Shown here in pieces: positions 19,380 through 29,473 of a stretch of 64,000 nt of DNA; the first letter of the stretch is position 1, and each line of letters starts with the position of its first letter. The notes under the pieces are model-generated. The model did not search any database. It saw only the letters and a list, made by a program, of their open reading frames with translations, and was not told where the DNA came from. The DNA comes from Candidatus Peregrinibacteria bacterium (GTDB taxonomy: Bacteria; Patescibacteriota; Gracilibacteria; UBA1369; UM-FILTER-53-11), in the NCBI GenBank assembly GCA_016186205.1, contig JACPMA010000016.1, positions 30,978-94,977 of the forward strand. The letters run 5' to 3'. Position numbers and translations under genes: made by a program.

Positions 19380-20771
19380 CTATCCCTCAAATGAACACCA
19401 TTCAATAAGTTTTTCAGGATTTTTTCTCCATTCGCCTTCCCATTTTTCCATGACCCAGCGCCCCGGAGATTTTTCATGCACAAAAACAAATTCTTTTATT
19501 GGCTTGAGGTAGATTGATTCATCTTCATTCTTCTCATTCAATATCTTAAAAGATTGAAGATTTGAAGTTGCAATTTCAAGAATTTGCTTACAATAATCCA
19601 GTAATTTTTTACCACGCAACGCAGCAAACATGCCGTTTTTAGCTATATCTTCTCCAATCATGCAGAAATCCATAAAACTCCAATCTTTGGTTAATTGCGT
19701 TATTAGCCGTTCACCGTCGGGATGGTAGACAAATGCTTTTACGACTGCTTGCAAAGAAGGAATGAGGAACGGCGGCAGACTGTCGCATACGCGCAGTTCC
19801 ATATACTGTTTTATTCTTATATCGGTATAAATAAAACTTACGTGGAGGATCCAGTCATCCAAAGTTGGACGAAATCCTCCGTATCCATTTTTCATAAATC
19901 CAGCGAACGTAGTATTTTTAATTGGTATCCATTTTTCATCACGGAATATCGTCACCATAGGAACTTTTTTACAAAAATCAATCCATTCCTTGAAACCGAA
20001 ATTTTTACTGAAGAAAATTTTTCGAATCCCAAACCGACGGCGATCCAGTTTTCTCAAAATATGAGTCCGATAACTCACGAACCCCGTATTCACCCCGTCT
20101 TTCAGCGGAGAATGGGCATACATGGCGCCTATAAAAGGCGCCAATCGAAGGAGAATATGGCATTTCCGCCTCGCGTCTTCTTCGGAGGTATAGTCAATAT
20201 TTGCTTGGATTGAACAGAGTTTATGCCAAGTTTCCGTCCATAGTTTTGATTTGCGTCTGAAAAAATCTTCCAAAATATTGAATCGATTGAGTGGAGTTCG
20301 TCTATGCTTTACCGGATCACTTTTGAATGGTTGATATCCCATGCCAAACCACACAACATCAAAAATTTGCGACATTTCCGAAAGTTCGTGCTGGTGAATT
20401 CTAAGCTCGCGCGCTAGATCGTGAATTGACGTATGGGTTCTGCCGGACAGTTCGCAAACGTCTTCGCAGTATTCAAGAGTCAAACGGCTTTCCCCCCGGC
20501 TCATTGATGTAATATAGGCACCTTCTTCGCGCTCCGCGACCCAATTAAGCTCCTCAATAAGTTTTTTTTGGATATTCTGAAAACCGTTGGGGTCAAGATA
20601 AGTAACAGGCTGAAGATTATTTCTGCGAATTCCGTGTTTTTCTACTTCCATTCCAATTTTCACTTCTTCCGGTTTTTTACATCCTGCTTTGTAGTATTCA
20701 AGCAGGTCATTTTCGGATATTGGTATTTTTGAAGCGAATTGTTGATATTGTGAATTTGGCTGATAGCCCAT
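19380..20771 (-). CDS. gshA: Glutamate--cysteine ligase (GCS2, plant/alphaproteobacterial type)
   Basis: Motifs KIGMEVEK, LTLE..ELSG, SIQANIDY, AHSP and IRIKQYMELRVCD. Confidence 0.8.
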   Translation of the reverse strand: MGYQPNSQYQQFASKIPISENDLLEYYKAGCKKPEEVKIGMEVEKHGIRRNNLQPVTYLDPNGFQNIQKKLIEELNWVAEREEGAYITSMSRGESRLTLEYCEDVCELSGRTHTSIHDLARELRIHQHELSEMSQIFDVVWFGMGYQPFKSDPVKHRRTPLNRFNILEDFFRRKSKLWTETWHKLCSIQANIDYTSEEDARRKCHILLRLAPFIGAMYAHSPLKDGVNTGFVSYRTHILRKLDRRRFGIRKIFFSKNFGFKEWIDFCKKVPMVTIFRDEKWIPIKNTTFAGFMKNGYGGFRPTLDDWILHVSFIYTDIRIKQYMELRVCDSLPPFLIPSLQAVVKAFVYHPDGERLITQLTKDWSFMDFCMIGEDIAKNGMFAALRGKKLLDYCKQILEIATSNLQSFKILNEKNEDESIYLKPIKEFVFVHEKSPGRWVMEKWEGEWRKNPEKLIEWCSFEG

Positions 20772-20995
20772 ACGAAACGTACCTTAATAAAATAATGGGG
20801 AGGAGAAATCCTTAGGATGTTTTCTTGCGCCGACTTGATTAGAATTTAATTTTAGGTTTTTTTGGAAAAAAAACAATAGACTCAAAATAAATTGTATTTT
20901 TGTCTAATCTGCATTACAGAATAGTCAGAATTAATGATTAGTTTTTGGCAATATTCTTATGATTGCGAAAATTTGTGTATATATTATGATGCACC

Positions 20996-21394
20996 TCATC
21001 CGGATTGTTGTCGGCGCTTTTCAATACGGCGAAGCTCTTTGTCTGTGAATCCAAAATGATGACCGATCTCATGCCAAACAACATCACGCACAAGTTCTTT
21101 GAGCGAATAATCGTCTGTCGCGAGGCTTTCTATGGATTGTTTAAAGATAGTTATCTTGTCAGGTAAGACGCCGCTTTGAGTTTTCCCCCATTGCGTCTGC
21201 GGTACTCCTTCATAGAGGCCGAGCAGCACTCCACGATTCCCAATTGCAATTTCATTAGTGTGTTTTTTTCGCGGGGAATTTTCAATGACAATCGCCACAT
21301 TAGAAACGGCGTCGCGAAGTTTTTTAGGGAGTGATGAGAGCGCGGCAGCAACGAGTTTTTCAAATCGCAATGTATCCACTATGTCATTGTACAT
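20996..21394 (-). CDS. Zincin-like metallopeptidase (Zincin_1/DUF1025)
   Basis: Motifs LLGLYEGVP, PDKITIF and HEIGHHFG. Confidence 0.88.
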   Translation of the reverse strand: MYNDIVDTLRFEKLVAAALSSLPKKLRDAVSNVAIVIENSPRKKHTNEIAIGNRGVLLGLYEGVPQTQWGKTQSGVLPDKITIFKQSIESLATDDYSLKELVRDVVWHEIGHHFGFTDKELRRIEKRRQQSG

Positions 21395-21793
21395 TTATTT
21401 CCAATTTATAGCCGTAATGGTGAGCTGGAGTACTGTTGCAAAAGACACCCAGAAAAAATAGGGTACATTTATTAATGCTATCCATTTTCTGTGAGGATAC
21501 ATGACAAGCAGAGCCCATATGAGTGTTGCAAGAACTAAGATTATATCGACTGCGGCGAGAATATTATTTTGAAGGCCGAATTGAATTGGCGTAAAAGCGA
21601 AATTAAAAATAAGATTGAGAATAAACGGCAGGATGGTAGAAAATGGGATTTTACGTTTGAGGAAAAGGTATCCGGTAAACCCAAAAGAAACCGCAATAAT
21701 AAAATAAAGCACCGTCCATACGGGACCAAAGAGCCATGAAGGTGGTGCCCATGTAGGTTTTATTAACTGCTGATACCAATCGTAGGTGCTCAT
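21395..21793 (-). CDS. tspO: TspO/MBR family tryptophan-rich sensory protein
   Basis: Motifs WY..L.KPTWAPP.WLFGPVWTVLY and PY..WVSFA..L. Confidence 0.92.
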   Translation of the reverse strand: MSTYDWYQQLIKPTWAPPSWLFGPVWTVLYFIIAVSFGFTGYLFLKRKIPFSTILPFILNLIFNFAFTPIQFGLQNNILAAVDIILVLATLIWALLVMYPHRKWIALINVPYFFWVSFATVLQLTITAINWK

Positions 21794-21832
21794 GATGGTA
21801 TTTTACACTAAAACAACGGCGCCAAAAGAGGC

Positions 21833-21863
21833 TGGCGCCTTGCCTACCGGCAGGCAGGCGCCA
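21833..21863. terminator. GC-rich hairpin just outside the left att site; likely the original downstream hairpin of tRNA-Asn
   Basis: tggcgcct-tgcctaccggcaggc-aggcgcca, containing a CCTGCC/GGCAGG-type palindrome. Confidence 0.45.
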
Positions 21864-21888
21864 CCATGGATTTGCAGAAGTTTTCAAC

Positions 21889-21896
21889 TTGGCTCC
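21889..21896 (+). repeat. Left att core (TTGGCTCC)
   Basis: Identical to 32093-32100 and followed by an in-frame alternative recombinase tail WLPLADDLRT... Confidence 0.8.
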
Positions 21897-22024
21897 CCCT
21901 AGCGGACGATTTGCGAACTAAGTGTTATGAAGCAATTCTGCTTTTAAGTAGGAATTTGAGGTGTAATCAAAATGCAATAGAGCCCGTTCTTTGATAAAGT
22001 AAGAAAGTTCAGTAATCTCTCAGT

Positions 22025-23026
22025 ATGCACTTAAAGGTTAATGAAGTTGTAGATATTAGCGGGTGGGAGTTTTTGGCTATTCCAATTGGTCTTGGAACAA
22101 GAGAAAAAATTGCAGTGCGAAAAACTCAAAAAGCAAAAGTATACTACATGGTAAAATCATATGATAAAGATGTAGGTGAATTGAGATCTGAAGTTTGCGC
22201 CTCGATCATAGGGAAACTTTTTGATTTTTCCGTTCAAAAATCTTTTTTATGTAAAATTCCTGATTATAAAAAACATGGATTTTCTCAGAATTTAGGTGTC
22301 TTAATACGCTTAGACATAACACGTCAACGAGATCCTCGAAATGAATCTTCACAATATAAGGAAGATCTTATTCATGGTGCCGACTTGATTAGTAGGGTAG
22401 CGCCTGATTTTCTTAAAATTCCAATAGGCGAGGAAGGCATGCGGAGGAAAATGTATACTTTGGAAGTGGTCATAAAAGCTCTTAGGGAATATGTTAGAAA
22501 AAATCCCCAAGCAGCGAAAACCATATGGATTGAGTTTTTTGAATTGACGGCTTTTGATGCTTTGATTGGAGGTACGGACAGACACTATCGTAATTGGGGG
22601 ATACTCCTTAATATAGAAAAAAATAAGAGATCATATCGAAAATTAGCACCAGCTTTTGATAATGGTATTAGTCTTCTTTGGAGAGATTCAGTTAGGTTAC
22701 GCAATCTTAATGAAAAATCGGTACGTGCTGCACCGTCGGCTTTTCGTAAGCCTCTAGGTGGACAGTATACGTTATTCGAGGTGTGCGAAATTCTTGGAAA
22801 AATTCCAGAGGTAAGAAAAAATGGTGCTGCAAAATTAGTTTTGGATAAATGTAATTCTGTGTCAGAAAATAAGCTTAAAGATGCAATTTTAAACAAAATG
22901 CCTCGCGATAAAAGTTTTGAATCAGATGAGAAAGTGCTAGCACAAATTTATGAATATGTTAAAATGAGGTTCCGAATATTGAAAGAAATTTTAAATAAAA
23001 TATATGCCCCCGCGGATATACTATAA
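22025..23026 (+). CDS. HipA/CtkA-like Ser/Thr kinase
   Basis: Gly loop GLGTREK, VKSY, SEV.A, FDALIGGTDRHYRNWG and LAPAFDNG. Confidence 0.85.
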   Translation: MHLKVNEVVDISGWEFLAIPIGLGTREKIAVRKTQKAKVYYMVKSYDKDVGELRSEVCASIIGKLFDFSVQKSFLCKIPDYKKHGFSQNLGVLIRLDITRQRDPRNESSQYKEDLIHGADLISRVAPDFLKIPIGEEGMRRKMYTLEVVIKALREYVRKNPQAAKTIWIEFFELTAFDALIGGTDRHYRNWGILLNIEKNKRSYRKLAPAFDNGISLLWRDSVRLRNLNEKSVRAAPSAFRKPLGGQYTLFEVCEILGKIPEVRKNGAAKLVLDKCNSVSENKLKDAILNKMPRDKSFESDEKVLAQIYEYVKMRFRILKEILNKIYAPADIL

Positions 23027-23306
23027 TGTAGTTTACAAAAATGGCACCACAACACGTGTTGCCGAGTTTATTAAGGAAGAAAATGGGGAATTCATTTTTA
23101 GGTATTTCCCCGAAAGTAAAATTGAATTCCCAGGCTTTCCATTAAATAAAAATGAATATCGCAGTGCGGTATTATGGGAACCAATTATTTTTCGAATTCC
23201 AAATACATTACGTAATCAATATTCAGACCGTTCCCCTGAAGAGATTTTAGAAATCACTCAAGGTAAATTAGTGACTGATCATTTTGAGTTCGTTAAGCAA
23301 CCTTAG
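23004..23306 (+). CDS. HipA N-terminal (couple_hipA/HipS-like) domain protein
   Basis: Motifs GEFIFRY, GFPL..EYRS..LW..I..RIP and TQGKLVTD.FEF; overlaps the kinase gene. Confidence 0.7.
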   Translation: MPPRIYYNVVYKNGTTTRVAEFIKEENGEFIFRYFPESKIEFPGFPLNKNEYRSAVLWEPIIFRIPNTLRNQYSDRSPEEILEITQGKLVTDHFEFVKQP

Positions 23307-23307
23307 G

Positions 23308-25872
23308 CTAAGCTAAAATCTCATTCATATCATTTTCAACATTGGCTTCTTCTATAAATCGAAATTCAGCCATCTTAGGTGTTCGTGGGAAAAGCTGATT
23401 ATCCTTCCAGCTCTTTTGGATTGGCCTTTGATAGAGTCGCGTTAAATGCCGTTTGTAGTTTGTGTCAGCATTTCCAAGTAGGTGACCTCCTTTTGTTTCG
23501 ATGAGGCATATTTTGTCGAAAATTTCGCGCCCATTGCCTAGAGTGATAATAAAATCGGGGTAGAAGCGATTCTTTTTCCACGCTACGAGATAAAAGTCTT
23601 TTTTGGCTTTATTGCGATACCACCAGACAGTTTTTTTGCTGTCTTCCATACGCCATAACGCTTTATCTTCAAGATTATTTAGGTCTCCACCAATAACTGG
23701 ATCGTAGAGGCTTTTTTCGACCGATAGTTTTCTTCTAACTTCTTTTTCAAAGAAGTAATCCGCTTGAAGCACATCCAGGCCAAATTTGGGAACAAAACGA
23801 ATCTCATCACTAGCAAGTTTTTTCACAAATAATTCTCGGGCTAAGCGGTTAATTTCACCCTCTTCTTCACCGGTACCGCTTAAAATTTTACGAAGTTCAT
23901 CCAATAGAAAAATTTGATTTTTCTCAATCTCTTCATCTGAAAAATGCTTTTTTAATAAAACTAAAGCGTTTGAAATAATTTCTTCTGCCACCCAAGGATT
24001 AGGTACCTGCTCAAGGATATTTTGAACCCAAAAACTTTTTCTAATCTTTGTGTGAAATTTGCTCCTAGTGCGCTTTTCTTGCAGTTCAAGAAATTCTTCC
24101 ATATCTTCAGCGAACTCCCGTGTAAAGCCGATGGATACGGTTCTTTCTACAGCCTCACTTTCTGGATTTATGTGTACTTTTTTGAGGTTTTCCAATTTCA
24201 CTTTGCTGTAATCAATTTCTGCAAAAATATCCAAAGTTGGATCTAGCACGCGCGTGCCATCGGGTGAACGCTTATCTTGAACTACAAAAGTAGGAAGCGC
24301 AAAATCTTGCAAGCTTTTCTCAAAACGTTTACGCAAAGTTTGTTTTTTGCGTTCACCAAGTTCTGGATCGAATTTTCCTGAAGCAGAGGAGATACGCTGC
24401 ATAAGGTCTCCCATTCCGTCGTATTCAAACCCTGTCCTGATAGCTTTAATGAGTTCTTTAGATGAATCTCTTAGGCAAAACACATAGCTTTCGTCCAAAT
24501 CTTTAATCTTGGTCTTTCTAGCATACGGCTGACGTAGAACACGGCCTGTAAGCTGCGTTAAGGCTGTTTTAGAGCGAGAGCCACCTAAAACCGTCAAAGA
24601 GTAGGCAAAAGGACAGTCCCAGCCCTCCTGTAGGGCTTGTTTCGTAATTATGAATCGAATCGGGCAGGTGCTTGAAAGCAGGTCTTTGTTTTCAATGTCG
24701 TTTTTAATACTGCTCTTAATAGCTATTTCATCTTCGCGCACAAGTCCAGTGGCAATGAGATGCTCTTTAACATCGTCTGCATGAATTTTGCCTTCCTTGC
24801 GCTGATCCTTGCCCGTTGCTTCAACTTGAATTAAATTGATAGGCCGGATGTAAACGCCGGTATTTTTTTTGTATTTTTCCGCATGTAATTGAAGATTGTT
24901 TAAGTGCTCAATGGAATAATTAACAAGGCTTTTCCATTCAATCGTATCTTTTTCAATTAAATTTAGATCCAGTTTTATCATCTCTTCTTTTTCAAGTTCA
25001 CGGCCAGCAACAGAAAATAACACATTAGCCGTGTCTGTAGGAGTTGCTGTGAGCTCGCAAACGCAAGCGGGGTTACATTCTGTGATAGCACTGCTCGCAA
25101 GTTCGCTTTTTGCCTTATGCCCCTCATCCAAAATAATTAACGGCTCAAGTATTTTAACGACATTTCCAAATGAGGTTTTTACTTTGACCCCGAAGAGTGA
25201 GCCTTCTGTAGTTTCTTGATCGAGGTTTGGGAAGAACTCTAAAAGAGCTTTCTGTTTTTTCTGATCGCTCTCAAGAGGAAAGAACTCATCGAATTTTCCA
25301 TTGTCTTGAAAAAACTTTAGGTCGTCTTTTTTTATTTTATCTCTGGAAAATGATTGAAGAATCATTACGAGGACGACAAGATTTTCCTCGATATCGTTTG
25401 GAGTAAATTTTTCTTTTTTAGTCACAATCTTTACGCGATTGCCAGATATGGCATCTAACCGTTCGCGGTATGGATGTGCTCGATCTTTGAGCGCGGCAAG
25501 CGTTTGAGAGTAAATTTGTTCACTCGGTACAACCCAAAGAACAAAGCCTGTTTTCTTTTTACGAAGATGCTCTAAATAGAACTCTACCGCATAGGTTGCT
25601 AGGAGTGTTTTTCCTCCTCCTGTGGGTATTTTAAGGCAAAAGTTAGGGCATGGTTTGTTGTGTCCGGTGCGCTTATTTCTGCATGTATGATTTTCGTTGC
25701 CTTCGGTAAATAATCTATGCCATGCCTTTTCCGCTGGATTGATTTCATTACCCCATTTTTTTAGCACTTCTTTAGGGATTTTTTTAAAATCATTTTGTTC
25801 ATCGGCAAGCACTTGGAAATATCTATCCATCGCGTTCTTACAGTTGAGCTGATATTCCTTAAGCGTGTGCAT
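23308..25872 (-). CDS. res: Type III restriction enzyme Res subunit
   Basis: Motifs PTGGGKT, DEGH, TAT, ALQEGWD, QLTGRVLR, and the C-terminal nuclease FYPDF...IETKG. Confidence 0.92.
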   Translation of the reverse strand: MHTLKEYQLNCKNAMDRYFQVLADEQNDFKKIPKEVLKKWGNEINPAEKAWHRLFTEGNENHTCRNKRTGHNKPCPNFCLKIPTGGGKTLLATYAVEFYLEHLRKKKTGFVLWVVPSEQIYSQTLAALKDRAHPYRERLDAISGNRVKIVTKKEKFTPNDIEENLVVLVMILQSFSRDKIKKDDLKFFQDNGKFDEFFPLESDQKKQKALLEFFPNLDQETTEGSLFGVKVKTSFGNVVKILEPLIILDEGHKAKSELASSAITECNPACVCELTATPTDTANVLFSVAGRELEKEEMIKLDLNLIEKDTIEWKSLVNYSIEHLNNLQLHAEKYKKNTGVYIRPINLIQVEATGKDQRKEGKIHADDVKEHLIATGLVREDEIAIKSSIKNDIENKDLLSSTCPIRFIITKQALQEGWDCPFAYSLTVLGGSRSKTALTQLTGRVLRQPYARKTKIKDLDESYVFCLRDSSKELIKAIRTGFEYDGMGDLMQRISSASGKFDPELGERKKQTLRKRFEKSLQDFALPTFVVQDKRSPDGTRVLDPTLDIFAEIDYSKVKLENLKKVHINPESEAVERTVSIGFTREFAEDMEEFLELQEKRTRSKFHTKIRKSFWVQNILEQVPNPWVAEEIISNALVLLKKHFSDEEIEKNQIFLLDELRKILSGTGEEEGEINRLARELFVKKLASDEIRFVPKFGLDVLQADYFFEKEVRRKLSVEKSLYDPVIGGDLNNLEDKALWRMEDSKKTVWWYRNKAKKDFYLVAWKKNRFYPDFIITLGNGREIFDKICLIETKGGHLLGNADTNYKRHLTRLYQRPIQKSWKDNQLFPRTPKMAEFRFIEEANVENDMNEILA

Positions 25873-25874
25873 AT

Positions 25875-27461
25875 TTATTCGGCCATTCGATAAATTTCAA
25901 ACGGGAGTTGAGCGAAACGGATGTTAAATTCCTTGAGATGGTAGTCTTCCATGAAGCAGGCAGGTGCAAAGACAAGTTTCTGACGAGCGGGGAACTGTTT
26001 ATGGATTCTTTCGGCAAAATCTAAATTGAGTGCCATTTCCTTTAATTTCTTTTTGTCTGGACTGTAAATAAGAAAAACTTCAAAAGTGCTTGATGAGCCT
26101 ATATGAAAAGTTTTTTCATTAAGTTTCTTGGCGTTAAATTTTTCACCAGTTGCAGTAAAGAATGCGTATTTTGACAAGTCTTCAAAGCTCGGGAGTTTTC
26201 TACATTCAAGAAGGTGCTCCATGTTTATTTCTTCTCCTAGTTCGTAAAACGAAAAGCTACCACCAAGGCCAGATTTTAGGGCTTCGTCTGCAGCATTTGG
26301 TATGCCTTTAATTACTCGTCTCATGCGTTCGGCAGTGATTTTGTCTGCATAATCTTCGCATTCAACTAGAATGAATTGACGATTGCCATCATCTTCTTTA
26401 TTTAGAGCTAAAACAGCGTGGCCTGTGGTTCCTGAGCCAGCAAAAGAGTCGAGGATCACGTCGTCTTTGGTCGAACTGATTGAAATTAAATGATAAATTA
26501 ATTCTATAGGTTTTGGATTATCAAATATCTCCGGCTCACCAAAAATTTCTGTTAGCATACTTTGTGCACTATCTGTACTGCCATGGTCGTCTAGTAGATT
26601 TGGCTGTGATGAATAGGTGTCCACGTCCTCGAAATCATATATTTTTAATTTTATGACATTGCCATCAATTATGAATCTTCCATTGGCTTCTAGTCCACGG
26701 GCTTTTTTCTCGCCAATTTGCCATCTTTTACCAGCTCTTGGTTTTTTTCCTAATATTTCAAATTGCATTGTTGCTCTGGCATAACTGCCGGCATTCTTTT
26801 TTTCAATAATTGTTAGTCTATAGTTTCCGAGCTTATCTTTGTGTGGATACTCTCTTGTCTCTTTTGATCTTATTCTTTGCAAAAGTTTTGCATTACCTGA
26901 CTTGCCATATACAAGTGTGTAATCCACCAAAGAGCTAACCGATGCCTCTTTCACATTTGTAGATGTTGCCTTTTTTTTCCAAAGAAAATCAGCAATAAAA
27001 TTATCTTCGCCAAAAATTTCGTCCAGCATTGATCGAAGGTGATGAAATTCATTATCATCGATGCTTATGAAAATAATCCCGTCATCTTTTAGAAGTTCAC
27101 GTAAAAGAGTAAGTCGTGGATACATCATGCAAGCCCATTTGTCGTGTCGCGTAAGATCGTCCCGTGCAACGACTTTTCCGAGCCATTCACGAATCATCGG
27201 GGAAGCCACATTGTCATTGTAGATCCAGTTTTCATTGCCAGTGTTGTACGGAGGATCAATATAAATACACTTAATTTTGCCTGCATGAGTTGGAAGTAGG
27301 GCTTTGAGTGCTTTTAAGTTATCTCCATGAATAATGAGATTGTCGTCTAGAGAGGGAGATTTACTAAGCCCCTTAGTCTTTTGAGTGACCAGATTGTGAA
27401 ATTTAACTGCGTGATGGTAGTTTTGGAGGAATGTTTTTCCCTTGAAGTGAAAAGAAGGCAT
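25875..27461 (-). CDS. mod: Type III R-M DNA adenine methyltransferase Mod subunit
   Basis: Motifs IHGDNL, IYIDPPYNTG, PKP and DSFAGSGTTGHAV (beta-class order); directly upstream of res. Confidence 0.94.
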   Translation of the reverse strand: MPSFHFKGKTFLQNYHHAVKFHNLVTQKTKGLSKSPSLDDNLIIHGDNLKALKALLPTHAGKIKCIYIDPPYNTGNENWIYNDNVASPMIREWLGKVVARDDLTRHDKWACMMYPRLTLLRELLKDDGIIFISIDDNEFHHLRSMLDEIFGEDNFIADFLWKKKATSTNVKEASVSSLVDYTLVYGKSGNAKLLQRIRSKETREYPHKDKLGNYRLTIIEKKNAGSYARATMQFEILGKKPRAGKRWQIGEKKARGLEANGRFIIDGNVIKLKIYDFEDVDTYSSQPNLLDDHGSTDSAQSMLTEIFGEPEIFDNPKPIELIYHLISISSTKDDVILDSFAGSGTTGHAVLALNKEDDGNRQFILVECEDYADKITAERMRRVIKGIPNAADEALKSGLGGSFSFYELGEEINMEHLLECRKLPSFEDLSKYAFFTATGEKFNAKKLNEKTFHIGSSSTFEVFLIYSPDKKKLKEMALNLDFAERIHKQFPARQKLVFAPACFMEDYHLKEFNIRFAQLPFEIYRMAE

Positions 27462-27487
27462 ATCGGCTCATTACATCTTTGAACCGA

Positions 27488-27648
27488 GTTCCTTTCGTAT
27501 ACCGCAAGAGAAGGGAACCCAGCTGCCGACTCACATTCAGTTACCAACAAAGGCACCCGATAGCGAGTTGCTGGGTCCCCCTCCTTACCCGTTATCGGGA
27601 GGAAGGGATTTCCCCAGCCTTTGTAAGTAATACGAATTGTGAGTCGGC
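27488..27648. other. Structured GC-rich intergenic element upstream of mod
   Basis: Nested inverted repeats gccgactcacattc/gaattgtgagtcggc, caacaaaggc/gcctttgt, cccg-ttat-cggg and gttcctttc/gaagggaac. Confidence 0.6.
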
Positions 27649-27744
27649 ATCGAAAATTCTACCACGCACAACAAATAGAAGCCAAAACCGAATTCATTTT
27701 TATCTCAAAAAACGCTATTATTGGCTTTGTTTAATGAAAAAGTA

Positions 27745-28938
27745 ATGACCGAATTTAATATTAGAAAAATAGATAGTAAATTGCTCTTTCTGGTGAAGTC
27801 CTTAATAGGTGATTATAAAGAATCACAAGAGAAAGACAGCTCTACTCATCGCGGGGAAAAGTTTTTCAGTTTTATCGGTTTTGGCCATACCGACTCTTTA
27901 TGGAAGAAGATGCCCGATGAGGAATGGAGTGCGTATCTCACTAGTTTGTGTGTGGAGTATGGAATAATTAGAGAAATATATTTTGATATTCTTGATGAAG
28001 AGCGGGATACAGAAAACCCGATTAAATCAAAACATTATAAGTATGCTGGATCGGCTGAGTTTGAAGATTTTTTTAATTTTGGCATTTCAGCAGGCCGTGA
28101 CAATACAATATTTTGTTCAATAGATTTGAATTGCGAAAAAGCAAAGAGTTTTTTTGATGAATATTTGTTGAATTGGCTTAACGATAATTTGTTTAAGGAA
28201 AAGAAGAATCTGTTAAAAGCGGAAAAACAAATTGAGAAAATAATTGAAGATATTTATGCGCTTTTAGATCAGCATCCCGATAGAAATTTATTGGTACAGG
28301 AAAATATACTTCACAAAGAAGATATAGATTTTATTGCCGTCATGTACTTTTTAGAAAAAATGAAATACTTAGAAATATTAAATGTCGACGCTGGACAGTT
28401 TGAATATTGGATCATGCGTGTAAATATAAGTAAAAAATTCTATGAAGATTTTGAACGAGAAGGATGGATATTGAGCAATATAAAGTTTGATTTTAACTAT
28501 CTAAAAACAGGTAAAAAAACAACAATGAACAAAAAGGAAGATTTAGGAGAAATTATACAACAAAATAAAAAAGTACAGTCTCGTAAAACAGGTATAGAAA
28601 ATGAAATTGGTTTTTATAAGAACATTTGTACGGATTTTAAAGAAGGGAAGATTTGGATTGCTGGTAAAAGTAAGAAATCAAAAATGGCCGATTCTAAAAT
28701 GAGAAAACTATGGAAACTGCTTTTATTAAATGTAGGCGATGTATTCTCCTACGACAGAATCGCAACTGGATTGAATCTTACCAAGCAAATGGGACTTAAT
28801 CGTCTATCTTGTATTGAAAATTTGGCTCAAACAAAGAAAAATCTTATAGAGAGAATAGCGAAACTAGGTATTGATAGAAGCGTAGTGTCAGATTGGTTTA
28901 TTGATAACAATGGTTATGGATTGAAGAAAGAGGGGTAA
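27745..28938 (+). CDS. Hypothetical protein with C-terminal winged-helix-like domain
   Basis: Long AT-rich ORF; its C-terminus LWKLLLLNVGDVFSYDRIA...GYGL resembles an OmpR-type wHTH. Confidence 0.65.
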   Translation: MTEFNIRKIDSKLLFLVKSLIGDYKESQEKDSSTHRGEKFFSFIGFGHTDSLWKKMPDEEWSAYLTSLCVEYGIIREIYFDILDEERDTENPIKSKHYKYAGSAEFEDFFNFGISAGRDNTIFCSIDLNCEKAKSFFDEYLLNWLNDNLFKEKKNLLKAEKQIEKIIEDIYALLDQHPDRNLLVQENILHKEDIDFIAVMYFLEKMKYLEILNVDAGQFEYWIMRVNISKKFYEDFEREGWILSNIKFDFNYLKTGKKTTMNKKEDLGEIIQQNKKVQSRKTGIENEIGFYKNICTDFKEGKIWIAGKSKKSKMADSKMRKLWKLLLLNVGDVFSYDRIATGLNLTKQMGLNRLSCIENLAQTKKNLIERIAKLGIDRSVVSDWFIDNNGYGLKKEG

Positions 28939-29022
28939 CAAGAAGATAACCAGAACTTAACCGTTGCAATTAGTTAGACTGACTTTGTCAGCCGTTCAGC
29001 GGCTTTTTGACGTATCTAAATT

Positions 29023-29187
29023 ATGGAAAGCCCCTACGAAAAATTAGTTGGTCGCAAACTTAAGCAGGAAGAGATTAAAAAAATGAGTTCTGATCTCGTG
29101 GGTTATTTCCAACTTTTAATCGCAGTCGACAGACAAACAACTGCCGACCTACTTAATTATGAAAAAGAACGAAATCGTAATAACTGA
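29023..29187 (+). CDS. 54-aa small protein of the element core
   Basis: MESPYEKLVGRKLKQEEIKKMSSDLVGYFQLLIAVDRQ...; overlaps the SpoVG start. Confidence 0.55.
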   Translation: MESPYEKLVGRKLKQEEIKKMSSDLVGYFQLLIAVDRQTTADLLNYEKERNRNN

Positions 29188-29473
29188 AATTCAGATTGTG
29201 CCGATAAAGCCACAGGACGGGCTCATCGGTTTTGCAAGTTTCGTCCTGAATGGGTGCTTGTACCTAGGGTCGATCGGCATCCACACACGATTGGATGGAA
29301 GTGGGTTCCGTCTAACGTATCCCACAAAGGGTGCAATAAATATATTTCATCCAATCAACAAAGAAGTTTCCAAAGCAATTGAGGAAGCTGTTTTTGCTAA
29401 AGCTGAAGAAGTAATGAATTTTAACGATACACGTAATGATCGACACCGTGAGGCTGACTTTATTCAAAGATAA
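29159..29473 (+). CDS. SpoVG family nucleic-acid-binding protein
   Basis: Motifs ITEIQI, GFASFVLN..L.L.SIGI, L.YP and FHPINKE. Confidence 0.8.
   Translation: MKKNEIVITEIQIVPIKPQDGLIGFASFVLNGCLYLGSIGIHTRLDGSGFRLTYPTKGAINIFHPINKEVSKAIEEAVFAKAEEVMNFNDTRNDRHREADFIQR

Noticed and set aside
25875..27461. Phase-variable mod (phasevarion)
   Set aside because: No simple-sequence repeat tract was seen in or before the gene beyond short A runs.
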